Notes under the pieces: model-generated
What the model saw: the letters and a program-made list of their open reading frames with translations, nothing else
Database searches by the model: none
Told to the model about the DNA's origin: nothing
Translations under genes and position numbers: made by a program
In this document: piece after piece, positions 1 to 10,035 of the stretch
Position numbering within the stretch: the stretch's first letter is position 1
How the letters are laid out: every line of letters starts with the position of its first letter
Origin: an uncultured Chloroflexia bacterium
GTDB lineage: Bacteria > Chloroflexota > Anaerolineae > CG2-30-64-16
DNA length: 64,000 nt
Direction of reading: 5' to 3'
Assembly (NCBI GenBank): GCA_963810095.1
Contig: CAWEMM010000006.1
Coordinates: 1,408,001-1,472,000 of the forward strand

Positions 1-606
1 CGATATTGGCCAGGCGGCGCGGCTCCGTCGCAATGGGCAACAGCTTGTCTGCGAACGCCTGCGCTTCGGCCTTCGGGTTGGACATGCCGCCAGGTTGACC
101 TGGGGCACGTCCATGCGGCCGACGATCAGCGTCTTGGGCGAGATGGACTTGATTTCGGCCACCAAGTTCGGGTCATACTCCAGCGTCTTGATCAGCGTGA
201 CGTTGCCCGTGCGCAAGAGATCGAAGATGCGGCCATCGTTCCGGCTGATAAACAGGCCCAACTTGCTCGCCGGGCCGGGCGGGAAGGCCGTGGCCGTCGG
301 AGTGGGCGTGGGCGCGGGGGTTGGGGTGTCTGTAGGCAGCGGCGTGTCGGTGACGGTTGCGGTCGCCGTGGCAGTCGCCGCGGTGGTGGAGGTCGCAAGC
401 GGGCTGAGCGGGTCGGTTGCGGTCGCCAGCGGGGTCGAGCCGGCCGATGGCGTGCCGGTCGGCGTACCGGCCCTGGGCGTGCGCGTCGGAGTTGGCGTTG
501 GGCCGGGCGCGCGGGCGCCGCAGGCCGCCGAAACGGACATGGCTCCGACGGCTGCGAGCGTGCGCAGGAATGCACGGCGGTTGAGCCGCGGTTTGTTATT
601 CGTCAT
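1..606 (-). CDS. Tat-exported lipoprotein with Pro/Thr linker and the start of a putative TIM-barrel/glycoside-hydrolase-like domain (3' end off window)
   Basis: ATG at 606; MTNNKPRLNRRAFLRT twin-arginine signal, SAAC lipobox, PT-rich linker, then SKLGLFIS...TLIKTLEYD...LIVGR; possible indel near 85. Confidence 0.65.
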   Translation of the reverse strand, partial: MTNNKPRLNRRAFLRTLAAVGAMSVSAACGARAPGPTPTPTRTPRAGTPTGTPSAGSTPLATATDPLSPLATSTTAATATATATVTDTPLPTDTPTPAPTPTPTATAFPPGPASKLGLFISRNDGRIFDLLRTGNVTLIKTLEYDPNLVAEIKSISPKTLIVGRMDVPQVNLAACPTRRPKRRRSQTSCCPLRRSRAAWPIS

Positions 607-615
607 GCGAAACTT

Positions 616-1392
616 TCAGTTGATCCCGAGCCCCTGGTCTTTGGGCAGGATGACGATGGGTACCCCTTTGGGGTTCCACTTCGTAAACCAGCCGGCATCG
701 TCCGGTGTGAGGCGTATGCAACCCTTGGAGGCCGGGTATGTGCCGAGCGCATCCAGGTCCTCATACACCTTCTGGCCGTCGACGAGCTTGTAGGGCGTGC
801 TGTGAATCAGGATGTGGCCCGCGTCCTCGAACAGGTACCAGCCCTCGTCGGCATAGACGTTCCCGGCTTCGAATGTGCCCCAGTAGTTGCCCACCAGCCC
901 GTACCAGGCCAGGGTCCGATACCCCCGCGACTCGTCGCCCGTGGAGACGGGCATGACCCGGGTGGTCTGGCCGGGATCCCATACCGTCATCGTCTGGCTG
1001 GCGAGGTCGACGACGATGAAGCGCCGGGACATGTCCATACCATAACGCTCGACAACGTCGATGAGATACGGTGTGAGCGGTTCGGCGGTGACGACGGGCG
1101 CGGGCAACGCAGCGACGGCCGCCGCTGTGGGCTGCGCCGTGGCCGTCGGGATGACGATGGCGAGGTCCACGGTGGCGGGCAGCGGGGTGGCCGTCACGGG
1201 CCGCGGCGTGCGGGTAGGCGTGGCGGTTGCGCCGGGCGCGGCCGCCTGGAGCCTGCCCGGCAAGCGCAGCATGGCGGCGCCGGAGGCGGCCCAGACGACC
1301 CCGGCCAGCCCGATCACGATAACTGAGGCCAGGATCAAGACAAACAGCGTGCGCCGCGATGTGCGCGCAAGAAGGTGGCGGTTGGGTGTCAT
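616..1392 (-). CDS. L,D-transpeptidase (YkuD family), membrane anchored
   Basis: N-terminal TM, PT linker, IVVDLASQTM, PVSTG, IHS...ASKGCIRL catalytic His/Cys motif. Confidence 0.85.
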   Translation of the reverse strand: MTPNRHLLARTSRRTLFVLILASVIVIGLAGVVWAASGAAMLRLPGRLQAAAPGATATPTRTPRPVTATPLPATVDLAIVIPTATAQPTAAAVAALPAPVVTAEPLTPYLIDVVERYGMDMSRRFIVVDLASQTMTVWDPGQTTRVMPVSTGDESRGYRTLAWYGLVGNYWGTFEAGNVYADEGWYLFEDAGHILIHSTPYKLVDGQKVYEDLDALGTYPASKGCIRLTPDDAGWFTKWNPKGVPIVILPKDQGLGIN

Positions 1393-1490
1393 AGGCAATG
1401 GGGCAACAGCCGTCCCGTCCCAAACTCCCCCGGCTTGGCCGCAAGCACAGCTTGCGCCTTCCGTTGGGGTGTTCGGGGCAGAGCGCCTGT

Positions 1491-2123
1491 CTAGGCTGCT
1501 TTGTGCTGCTCGAAGGCCTGCATGGCGGCTTCGAGTTCTTCCTGGCGGACGGCGACGGTCAAATCGCCGCGGGTGCGTTCGAGGACGCCGCGCAGCATGT
1601 CAGTGGTGCGGCGGAGTCCACCGGTGAGAGCGTCGGGGAAGTCCATCGTGACGAGATGGATGTACACATCGTCCATGACGGCCAGGTAGGGCTCGCCTTC
1701 GCCCGTGCGGCCCAGGCGGATCAGGTCAAGGATGAAGCGGCGTAGCTCGCTGGCGGCCTCGGCCAGGCCGTTGAGGTAGGCGGCCGAAGGCACGTGCAGG
1801 TCAGCGGGGCCGGGCAGGGGCCGCTCGCGCACCATCGCATAGAGGGTGTGGGCTTCGACGAGCTCCTTGAGCGCATCCTGCGTGTATCCGGCCTCGTAAA
1901 GGTCGCGGTAGCGCTGAAGGTCGGCGGACATGACGGCGGCCGCTTGCTGTGCGGTGTTCAGCAAGTTCTCCGCCTCGTCCCACTCGTGGCGGTGGATGGC
2001 GCGGATGCTGAGCGCACAATAGCGGATCAGCTCGCGGCTACGGTTCAGCGTGGTATCGCGCACCGAGTTTTTCGCGGTGAACTCGGCTCGTATGTCTTCG
2101 ATGATCTGTGGCAGTTGTTGCAT
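1491..2123 (-). CDS. Translin/Trax (C3PO) family protein
   Basis: 210-aa helical protein with SRELIR, QDALKELVEA, YLNGLAEAASELRR and LRRTTDMLR motifs recalled for prokaryotic translin homologues. Confidence 0.8.
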   Translation of the reverse strand: MQQLPQIIEDIRAEFTAKNSVRDTTLNRSRELIRYCALSIRAIHRHEWDEAENLLNTAQQAAAVMSADLQRYRDLYEAGYTQDALKELVEAHTLYAMVRERPLPGPADLHVPSAAYLNGLAEAASELRRFILDLIRLGRTGEGEPYLAVMDDVYIHLVTMDFPDALTGGLRRTTDMLRGVLERTRGDLTVAVRQEELEAAMQAFEQHKAA

Positions 2124-2191
2124 AGCTAACGATTATAACGGCAGAACGGGGGTTTCCAAAACGGCCAGCCCCCCGGCCACCAGGTCGGCGC

Positions 2192-2626
2192 TGCTTCATT
2201 ATGTCGTCGGGGGCAGCTTGCCCCCGACACCCAAGGTTAGCTTTGCTTCATTGTGTCGTCGGGGGCAGCTTGCCCCCGACACCCCCGCTCCGGGGCTTCG
2301 CCCCCGGAACCCCCAAAGCCTTTCGACCTGGGTGACTTTCGCCCGAGAATGCTTGCGGCCTGCAGCCGGCGCGGGGGAGCCAGTCACGGGCTTCCGAAGA
2401 CCTTCGTTTTGTGCGGCTCGCGGCATCTACGTCGCCTGCGCCCGAAGACCTGGTTGTTTTTGGGGATGACCGCGCCAAGAGCCGAGCAATTGGGGGTCAA
2501 GGGGGCGAAGCCCCATTGGCGGGGGCAAGCGGCCCCCGCCAATGAGTCGGGTGGCAGGCAGCCCCTCGCCAATGAGTCGGGTGGCAGGCAACCCCTCGCC
2601 AATGAGTCGGGTGGCAGGCAACCCTT
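2192..2626. repeat. Double-hairpin-bounded interspersed element, copy 1, with terminal duplications (2 x ~52 nt left, 3 x 30 nt right)
   Basis: GGGGGCAGCTTGCCCCC and GGGGCTTCGCCCC hairpins, CCCCCAA, 173-nt core, TTGGGGG, inverted hairpins; CGCCAATGAGTCGGGTGGCAGGCA x3. Confidence 0.8.
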
Positions 2627-2827
2627 TGGGCGGCGGGGCCAGGGAACGAGCGAGCGGCCGCCTGCGTCGTGGAAGTAACGCCTTTTGGTCGAACCACGTT
2701 GTTATGTTATGATAGCTGACGTTATGCCCTCTGCTCCTAGGGTCGAGGGTCAACACATGGCCGCTGCCACAGTGTCCTGCACGAAACGACTGGCCTGTGT
2801 GCCGTCCACTACGAGGTATACGTCCCG

Positions 2828-3391
2828 ATGCAGTTTCCCCCTGAACTCTTGAATCAGATCGGCGTCGCGCTGGAGCTGATTGTCGCCGGCGTGACGGCGC
2901 TGACTGTCGCGTTTTGGATTGCGCTGGTGGTCTGGGTGCTTCGCGATATCCGCCTGCGCACCCGTGATATTTTCGCCTGGATCCTGGCGGCCGTGCTCGC
3001 GCTTGTGCTGGGCCCGATTGGTGTGATCCTGTACCTGTTCCTCCGGCCCAAGGAAACGCTGGCCGAGGTGTATGACCGGCAGTTGGAGGAGGAAGCCCTG
3101 CTGCGCGACATCTCGCTGCGCCGGGCGTGCCCGGGGTGCCAGGCGGTAACCGAGCCCGAGTGGCTGGTGTGCCCGCACTGCCGGACCGAGTTGCGGCGGC
3201 TGTGCGAGTCTTGCGGCCGGCCACAGGACCTGAACTGGGTCATCTGCCCCTACTGCTGCGCGGCGCCTACCATGCAGGGCTCCAGCCAGCCGGCAGTGAT
3301 CGCGGCGGCGGGCAGTGCCGGAGCGCCGGTTGCCGTTGCAAGCAAGCCTGAGCCGGCGCCTGCCGGCGATGCCTGGGGTGCGCAGGGCTAA
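2828..3391 (+). CDS. Membrane protein with double zinc ribbon (DZR) domain
   Basis: 2-3 N-terminal TM helices, LFLRPKETL, then CPGC..CPHC..CESC..CPYC. Confidence 0.85.
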   Translation: MQFPPELLNQIGVALELIVAGVTALTVAFWIALVVWVLRDIRLRTRDIFAWILAAVLALVLGPIGVILYLFLRPKETLAEVYDRQLEEEALLRDISLRRACPGCQAVTEPEWLVCPHCRTELRRLCESCGRPQDLNWVICPYCCAAPTMQGSSQPAVIAAAGSAGAPVAVASKPEPAPAGDAWGAQG

Positions 3392-3397
3392 CGCAGC

Positions 3398-3434
3398 CCA
3401 GACCCTCGGGGTTCGCGAAACCCCGAGGGTCTGG
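3398..3434. repeat. REP-like palindrome / bidirectional terminator between convergent genes
   Basis: CCAGACCCTCGGGGTT-CGCGA-AACCCCGAGGGTCTGG inverted repeat; similar in form to 51689-51721. Confidence 0.75.
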
Positions 3435-3440
3435 TTATTT

Positions 3441-4760
3441 CTACCCGAACGCCCGCCCCCCCGCGACACGGGCTGCCAGCGCCGCGGCAACCTCTTCGAC
3501 CGTCCCCGTGATGCGCTGCACTGTGCCGCCGGCCTCGGTCAGCTGTTTCTCCGTATCGAGACTCACGTCCTCGTCCGCGCCGACGATCGTCACGCTGGCG
3601 GCCGACTGCGCCTCTGCGACGCTGAAGCCGAAGGTGGCCTTGAAAGCCAGGATGTAATCCAGGGCAAGCAGCAGCGACGCACGCGTGCGGGGCTTGTCGT
3701 AGGGGCCGAACAGGACGTAATGCTCGATCACCCGGCCCTGGGCAGGCGCGACGAGATCTGCCGTTGCGGCGTTGACGCCGTTCACGTTCAGCACCTCTGA
3801 CGCGACCTGCGTTCCTTGCAGGGCCACCCGGTACGCGCCCGCCTCGAGCCCCGTGAACTTGTAGGTCTCCTCCGCGGTGATCGCCTGCGTCGCAGTCTCC
3901 AGCGTGCCCTTTAGCAGGTAAACAGTGCGCCCCGCGCCCCCGCGCACCTTCCCCGAAATGACGCTCTGGCGCAGCACGAGCGTGAGCTCGAGCATCACCT
4001 GGTCGCGGCCATTCACCCGGGTCACGGCCGACTTGTAGTCGGTACCCTCGACCGCCACCACGTAATCTCCCGCGCCGAGGTTCGGGAAGCGGAATGTCTC
4101 GTCGGCGGCCAGCGACTTGCGCCCCGCTTCCTGCCCATTCTTAAGCAGGAGCGCGGTGCGACCCGACCCGCCGTGGATCACGCCGTAAATGACGCTGTCG
4201 GTGTAGATCTGCTCGGCCGCCTGTGCCTTCACGAATGTCAGGTGGAACGAGTGGTGGAACAATGTGTTCCCCGGCGCCTCGTCGGGGTGCCCGGTGTGCA
4301 GCCCGATGATGCGGTCGGACAGTAGTTCCTGGCCCGGCATGCCCAGGCACTCTGCCGCGCATACCTGCCATTTCCACATGGGGAAGTTGGTGCCCGCTTC
4401 GTTGGCCGGCTTGTCGATCGTGACGATCTGCTCGCCGCCATCCCACGTCACCCGCAGCTTCGCGCCGTCCAGGCGTTTGCCGTATTGTCCCGTCCCCGCA
4501 ATTCCATCGTAGACGTCCATGTATATATGGTGATTGCCGCCGTTTTCCGCGGGCGTTAAGTGATGGACGTGCACGGCTTGCCAGTAGACGGTCCCGGCAG
4601 GCAGGGTCGCAGGCTGGATTTGCACGCCATAGCCGGTCGCGTCGTTGACCACTTCGCGCGGCCCCGCGATCACATTCACCCCGACGGCTTCTTTTTCTTC
4701 CGCCTGTCCCTCGCGACGCAGCAGCCGGTCCAGCAGGTTGCCCCCCTTATTCGTCGTCAT
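3441..4760 (-). CDS. Protein with His-rich unnamed N-terminal domain, two carboxypeptidase-regulatory-like (CnaB/transthyretin-like) repeats and a C-terminal CWB2-like domain
   Basis: FRFPNLGAGDYVV and YKFTGLEAGAYRV repeats; C-terminal VTIVG..VS...EKQL..AG..VQRITG resembles cell-wall-binding repeat 2; no signal peptide. Confidence 0.7.
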   Translation of the reverse strand: MTTNKGGNLLDRLLRREGQAEEKEAVGVNVIAGPREVVNDATGYGVQIQPATLPAGTVYWQAVHVHHLTPAENGGNHHIYMDVYDGIAGTGQYGKRLDGAKLRVTWDGGEQIVTIDKPANEAGTNFPMWKWQVCAAECLGMPGQELLSDRIIGLHTGHPDEAPGNTLFHHSFHLTFVKAQAAEQIYTDSVIYGVIHGGSGRTALLLKNGQEAGRKSLAADETFRFPNLGAGDYVVAVEGTDYKSAVTRVNGRDQVMLELTLVLRQSVISGKVRGGAGRTVYLLKGTLETATQAITAEETYKFTGLEAGAYRVALQGTQVASEVLNVNGVNAATADLVAPAQGRVIEHYVLFGPYDKPRTRASLLLALDYILAFKATFGFSVAEAQSAASVTIVGADEDVSLDTEKQLTEAGGTVQRITGTVEEVAAALAARVAGGRAFG

Positions 4761-4763
4761 CGC

Positions 4764-7700
4764 TCAACCCTCCGCGAAAAGATGCGCGAGCGCGTTTGCC
4801 AGTGTATAGCCGTCACCGTTCACCCGGGCCACCTGGCAGCCGGCGGCAGTGAGCGTGCTTTCGGCGCTGGCCGGCACCCGGTCGCCCACAATGGTCACCC
4901 GGGTCGCGGACTTCGCCTCCTCGAGGCCGAATCCGCCTGCAACGTCGCCGGCGAAGTAGTGGGCTGCAAGCCCGAGCAGGAGCCGAGCCTCCGCGCTGCC
5001 CGGCTGGCCCGCGGCCGGAGGCGGTGCGAACAAGACATAATGTGCTAACACTTTCGGTGGTCCGCCCGGCACCGTCACATCGCGGACGACCGTCGCATCG
5101 TCGCTGACGACGACGTCGCGAGCGATGGGTTCGCCGTCACCCACAGAGATCGCGTAGCTTCCGGCCCCCAGCCCGGCGAACCGGAAAACGCCCTTGGCGT
5201 CCGACTCGACGCGCTGGACTTCGGCCGTGCCCTTGAGCAGGCGAACGAGGGTGTAGGGACGGGGGGTGCCGTTTGCATTGAGGACGCGACCCTGTAGCAC
5301 GCCGGCGGGGCCTTGACTCGGCCAAAGCACGTCGGCCACGGCCTCCCGCTCGCCGTCCAGCATGACGTTGCTTGCCACGACGCCCAGACCGGCGACTTCC
5401 ACGTTGTACCGGCCCGCGGGGAGGTTGGCGAAGCGATAAGTGCCGTCCGCTGCCGTCTTCGTCTCCGCGATCGTCACGGTTTCGCGCTTCAGGGTCACCA
5501 CCCGGTCCGGCTTCGGCTGCCCGGCCGCGTCGGCCACCCGGCCCCGGATCACGCTGCGGCGGCCGGCGGACAGGTCGACGGGGACGAGCGGAAGCGAGTT
5601 CTCGCCGGTCAGCGCGAGGTCGGCGAGTACCTGGCCGCCCACCTCCAGCCGGTACCGGCCGGCGGGCAGGTTCTCGAAGGCGAAGTTGCCGTCGGGCGAG
5701 AGCGGGGTTTGCCGCGTCCAGCCCCAGGCTGCGGGCGCATAAAGCACGGCCACCAGGCCCTCGGGCGGTCCGATGACCTTGCCGGTCAGCTTGCTGCGCA
5801 GGGCCAGCAGAACCTTGAACAGGTCTCCGGACGCGATGACGATGTCACGGGCAATCAAGCCACGCCCTCCAGCGAGACCTGGTAGGCGCCGGGAGCAGCG
5901 TTCGCAAACGCGAACGCGCCGTTCGCAGCCAGCACGGTCTGACGGGCGGGTGCGGTGTTACCCGAACCGGGCAGCGGCTCCAACGTCACCTTCTTGCCCG
6001 CCTGGCCGCCATTGATGACGCCGTCCACCTGGCTGGGGCCGCCGACCGGCTGAAGCCGGAAGTTGACCTCGTACGTGACGGCCTGGCCCTCGCGGCCGGG
6101 CACGTTTGCGGTCTCCAGCCCTTCGGCTGCATCGCCCGGCCAGTCGCCCTGGACGATCCTGATGGCGAACGTGCCGGGCGTATGGACAAACTCGAAGTAA
6201 CCGGCCGGCTTGAACGGATCGCTGCCGGTGACCTTGACGGGGAAATTGGTGTCGGGCGAGGCGCCGCTCCACGACATCTGCACCTTGATCCCGTTCAGCG
6301 GCGCGCCCAGCGCGTCGCTTACCAGGCCGTAGAAGACGCGGCGGTTGTTGGTTTCTTCTGCCGGCAGCAGTCGCTTCTGGCCGACGGCATATTTGTAGCC
6401 CGGCGCGACGCCCGTGGTGAGCTTCAAGCTCTTGGACTGCCAGCCGTCCAGCGCGATGCCGTCGATCGTGATGCCGGGGATCGACAGCCGGTAGCTGCCC
6501 AGGGTGAGTTTTTCGAACCGGAATGCGCCGTCTGCCGCGCTCGTAACCTGGCCGAAGGGTTGGCCGTCGCGCTTCAGCGTGACGGTGATGCCCGTCACGG
6601 CAGCACCACTTGCATTCTGCACGGCCCCGGAAAGGACGCTCGAGCGGCCGCCTGTAAGCCGGATCACGACCGGCTGGCCCCCACCTTCGACCGCATTGAC
6701 GCCCTTGCGAACGACGCCGTAACCGTCGATGGCGATGTCGTACACGCCGGCGGCCAGAGTCGCGAAGCTGAACGCGCCATCGGCGGCTGTCTGTGCCTTG
6801 CCGACCTGTATCGCTCCGCTCAACAACTCGACGGCAAGGCCCGCGAGCGGCTCGCCGGTATCCGAGCGCAAAACCTTGCCGTTGATGGCACCCTTGCCCT
6901 GGCTTCCGCTGCCCACGTCCACAGTGGGGATCGCCTTGAGGGCCGCTACGGCGGGCACTTCCCCTTGAATGCCAAACTCGTTGCTCCACCAGTCAGAGTA
7001 CCACGACTGGCTTTCCCAGCCGGGGGCCAGGTAGCCGAGACGGTAGTTCGCGATCAGCCAGTGGCACATGGCGAAGTAGTTGCCCGGACAGTTCTCACCG
7101 TGAATCGGGCGGGTGCCCTGCATGTACTCGGTGATGCCTGACGCCCGGTCCCGGTGCAGGTTGGGCGTGACCCGGGGATACCGGCGGTCTTCCTTCCAGC
7201 CGATAACCGGGCCGCCTTCTGTGCTGATGATCGGCACGGCGAAGCCGAGGGCGGCCCGGGCCTGCTGGTCGGCCAACTGGAAGCCCAGGAAGCAGGAGGG
7301 ATCGTCGGCGATGGTGTCGCCGGGATTCTTGTCGGAGGCACGCCACTGGTTGATCTGATCGCGCGGCACGTTCTCCCACGCCCAGGGCCCGAGCGCGTCG
7401 TATTCCTCCTGGCTGACGGGCTGGCCTTCCTGATTGACCGGATCGTACGGATAGTCGAGCGGGTGGTTAATCAGGTAGTTGTGGACGGCGATCCACGCAC
7501 CCTTCTCAAACAGATCGGCGCGACCGCGCTTGACGACCCGGTCGACGAGGTTCGTCTTGTTGCCCACGGCCAAGGCCGGCAGCGCGGGGAGCCCGCCCAG
7601 GCCGATGACCTTGTCCGCGTCGACGATAAAATTGTCGACGACGATGTCGAGCCAGTTCGAAGGCACCTGGTTGCCCTTCCACTCGACACCCAGGTCGGGC

Positions 7701-8023
7701 TCGTTGTTGGTTTCGAAGTAGCGCGCGCCCGCAGCCACCAGGCGGCGGATCGTGTCTTCTTCGCGGCCGCCGATGGCGCCGGGGTTTGGCTCCATGCGGT
7801 ACAGGCGCACGACGGGCATGATGTCGATGGCGAGGAGGCGCTGCACCAACTCGAGGGAGGAGCCGCCGCTGTCGTCGAGCACCTTGACCCACTTGATCTT
7901 CATGGCTTGCAGCTCGGCGAGCCAGAAGTCGAGCGCGGAGCCGACGGGGTGATAGACCGAGGCGGACCAGTGGATGCCGCGGCGATTGTCGCCCTTGGGC
8001 CGGGGGAACTCGTCAATGCGCAT
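4764..8023 (-). CDS. Large (~1085 aa) protein: clan GH-A-like TIM barrel, multiple CnaB-like repeats and C-terminal CWB2-like domain; split by a 1-nt indel near 5860
   Basis: ETNNEPD and ISTEGG motifs; repeated DGAFxF..L..G.Y units; GAG GGC GTG GCT TGA reads through as E-G-V-G-L-I-A-R-D if one G is restored, joining ORFs 5855-8023 and 4764-5858. Confidence 0.7.
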
Positions 8024-8214
8024 GAAGCCCTCCGATACAATGAACGTCGGGGTAGCGGTCCGGCTGCCATTCGTGAGCCTGGACCGGGAAAGACTTGCAG
8101 ATCAAGCCGAGTATAGCACAGGCCACCAGGAAAAGCAAGTATGTTTTTCTGGATGATGACGCCGGGTTGCCGTTCCTGCGGGTTCGTGGCATGATGCGGG
8201 CTCGGGAGAGAGCC

Positions 8215-10035
8215 ATGCGAGCCGTCATCCTTCTTCTCACGGCAGTTCTGTTCGCCCCCTGGTTTCCCGCTCCACAGTCTCCGGGGATCGCGCTGACCAT
8301 CTCACAAATCCAGGGCCCCGGCGCAACGTCGCCGTTCGCCGGGCAGGCGCTCGCGCGGCCGCTCCGCGGGTGCGTGACGGGCGTCACGGCAGAAGGCTTT
8401 TTCCTTCAAGACCCAAAGGGGGACGGCGATCCGGCGACGTCTGACGGCATCTACGTTTACCGCTACAGCTCGTGGAAGAACCCGCGGGAACTGAAGCCGG
8501 GCGACCTGGTCGAGCTGTCGAAGTACAAGGTCGCCGAGTTTTACGGCCAGACCGAGCTAACGGGGCTGCCGAACGATAAGAATGCGGCTTACCGGGTGGT
8601 GGGCAAGTGCCCGCTGCCGGCACCCGTGCCCATTGTACCCCCGATCCCCATGAACAAGCCGCCGTCCGAGCAGTACGAGCCGCTCGAGGGCCAGCGCATC
8701 ACGATCGACTTTGACGCTTCGGTTGTCGGGCCCACCCAGCGCTACGAATCGCGATTTCCCGCCGGCGATCCTGAGATCACGCTTGCGCCCTTGGGCAGCC
8801 CTTTGTGGAACCGGCGCATCCCGGCCACGCTGCTGCCGGTCGACACCGGGACGATCGCGCTTACAGGGGGTCTCGGCGTCGACCTGCCCGCAGTAAACAC
8901 CTTCGACCACGTGGCGGCCGCCGGCCTGACCGCGATCCTCGCCTACCAGTTCGGGCGCTATGTGTTCCTCGTCGAGAACCCCACGGCGTTGCGCGTGACC
9001 CCCGGCGAGTTGAGCCCCGCATCGGTCCCGCCCGCCGGCCCGGATGAGTGGACCGCCTGCACGTTCAACGCGGAGAACCTGTTCGACGCGGTGGACGACC
9101 ACGACGGCGACATGGGGACCTGGGCGCCGGCCACCGGCGCGATCTACCGGGCCAACGTGGCGGGGCGGGCTGCGCTGATCCGTGAGCGGCTGGCCGGCTG
9201 CACGGTGCTGGCGGTGCAGGAGGTCGAGGGCAAGGACGCCGTGTGGGCCGACCTGGCCGCCGCGCTCGGTCCGAGCTACCGTTTCGATTACCGGGAGAGC
9301 GCCGACGTCCGGGACATTACTGTGGGGCTGATCTACGACGGGGCGCGCGTCGAGCTGCGGCGGGGTGTTGGGGTACAGGCCTGCAGCGCGGTGGATTACG
9401 GGGTCGACTATGGGGCGGCGCGGGGACCGCGGAGCGATCTCGAACCGTGTCCCGGGGGATCGTATCCGCTCTACGACCGCGCGCCGTATATGGCCGACGT
9501 CGTCGTTTCGAGCGCGGGGCAAGACCGCCGGACGGAGATCCGGCTGATCGTCGTGCATCTCAAGTCGAAGCGGGGCGACGAGGAAGCCAACGCAGCCCGC
9601 CGGGCGCAGCAGGCGCGGCATGTCTCGACCCTGCTGGCCGAGGCGAGGTCGCAGGCGCCGCTGGCCATCGCGCTGGGCGACTTCAACGACGACCTGGGCT
9701 CGGCGCCCATCGGCGAGCTGCGGGACTTTGTCAACCTGTACGAGCGGCATGTCGGCCCGGCCGACCGGTACAGCTACATCTACAACGGCCGCACGCAAGC
9801 GATGGACTACGTCATCATGACGCAGCCCCTGGACGCGTACTACCTGAGCGGCGGCCCGGTGCATGTGAACGCCGACTACGCGGAACCCCTGCCGGGCACG
9901 AGCGGGCGCACGTCCGATCATGACCCGCTGGTCGTCCGCTTCCGGTTCGAGCCAACGGGGATCAGTGCGGCGTTACTGGGCGCGGCCGGAGGGGTGCTCG
10001 GCGCGGGCTACCACCAGCCGATCTTCTTGAAGTAG
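8215..10035 (+). CDS. Extracellular ExeM/NucH-like endonuclease (OB-fold plus EEP domain)
   Basis: Signal peptide, ISQIQG, GFFLQD..GDGDPATSDGIYVY, TFNAENLFD, AVQEVE, VHLKSK, GDFND, SDHDP. Confidence 0.9.
   Translation: MRAVILLLTAVLFAPWFPAPQSPGIALTISQIQGPGATSPFAGQALARPLRGCVTGVTAEGFFLQDPKGDGDPATSDGIYVYRYSSWKNPRELKPGDLVELSKYKVAEFYGQTELTGLPNDKNAAYRVVGKCPLPAPVPIVPPIPMNKPPSEQYEPLEGQRITIDFDASVVGPTQRYESRFPAGDPEITLAPLGSPLWNRRIPATLLPVDTGTIALTGGLGVDLPAVNTFDHVAAAGLTAILAYQFGRYVFLVENPTALRVTPGELSPASVPPAGPDEWTACTFNAENLFDAVDDHDGDMGTWAPATGAIYRANVAGRAALIRERLAGCTVLAVQEVEGKDAVWADLAAALGPSYRFDYRESADVRDITVGLIYDGARVELRRGVGVQACSAVDYGVDYGAARGPRSDLEPCPGGSYPLYDRAPYMADVVVSSAGQDRRTEIRLIVVHLKSKRGDEEANAARRAQQARHVSTLLAEARSQAPLAIALGDFNDDLGSAPIGELRDFVNLYERHVGPADRYSYIYNGRTQAMDYVIMTQPLDAYYLSGGPVHVNADYAEPLPGTSGRTSDHDPLVVRFRFEPTGISAALLGAAGGVLGAGYHQPIFLK

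Noticed and set aside
2537-2626. 30-nt repeats as a CRISPR array
   Set aside because: Units are head-to-tail with no unique spacers and no cas genes are present; they belong to the interspersed element end.
2050-2697. Short ORFs over the GC-hairpin elements (also 16046-16515, 26240-26752, 54131-54750)
   Set aside because: They are translations of repeat DNA with no RBS or protein motifs.
5855-5858. TGA at the ORF junction as selenocysteine or a true gene boundary
   Set aside because: The continuation is in a different frame, falls mid-repeat and has no SECIS-like hairpin; one missing G explains it.
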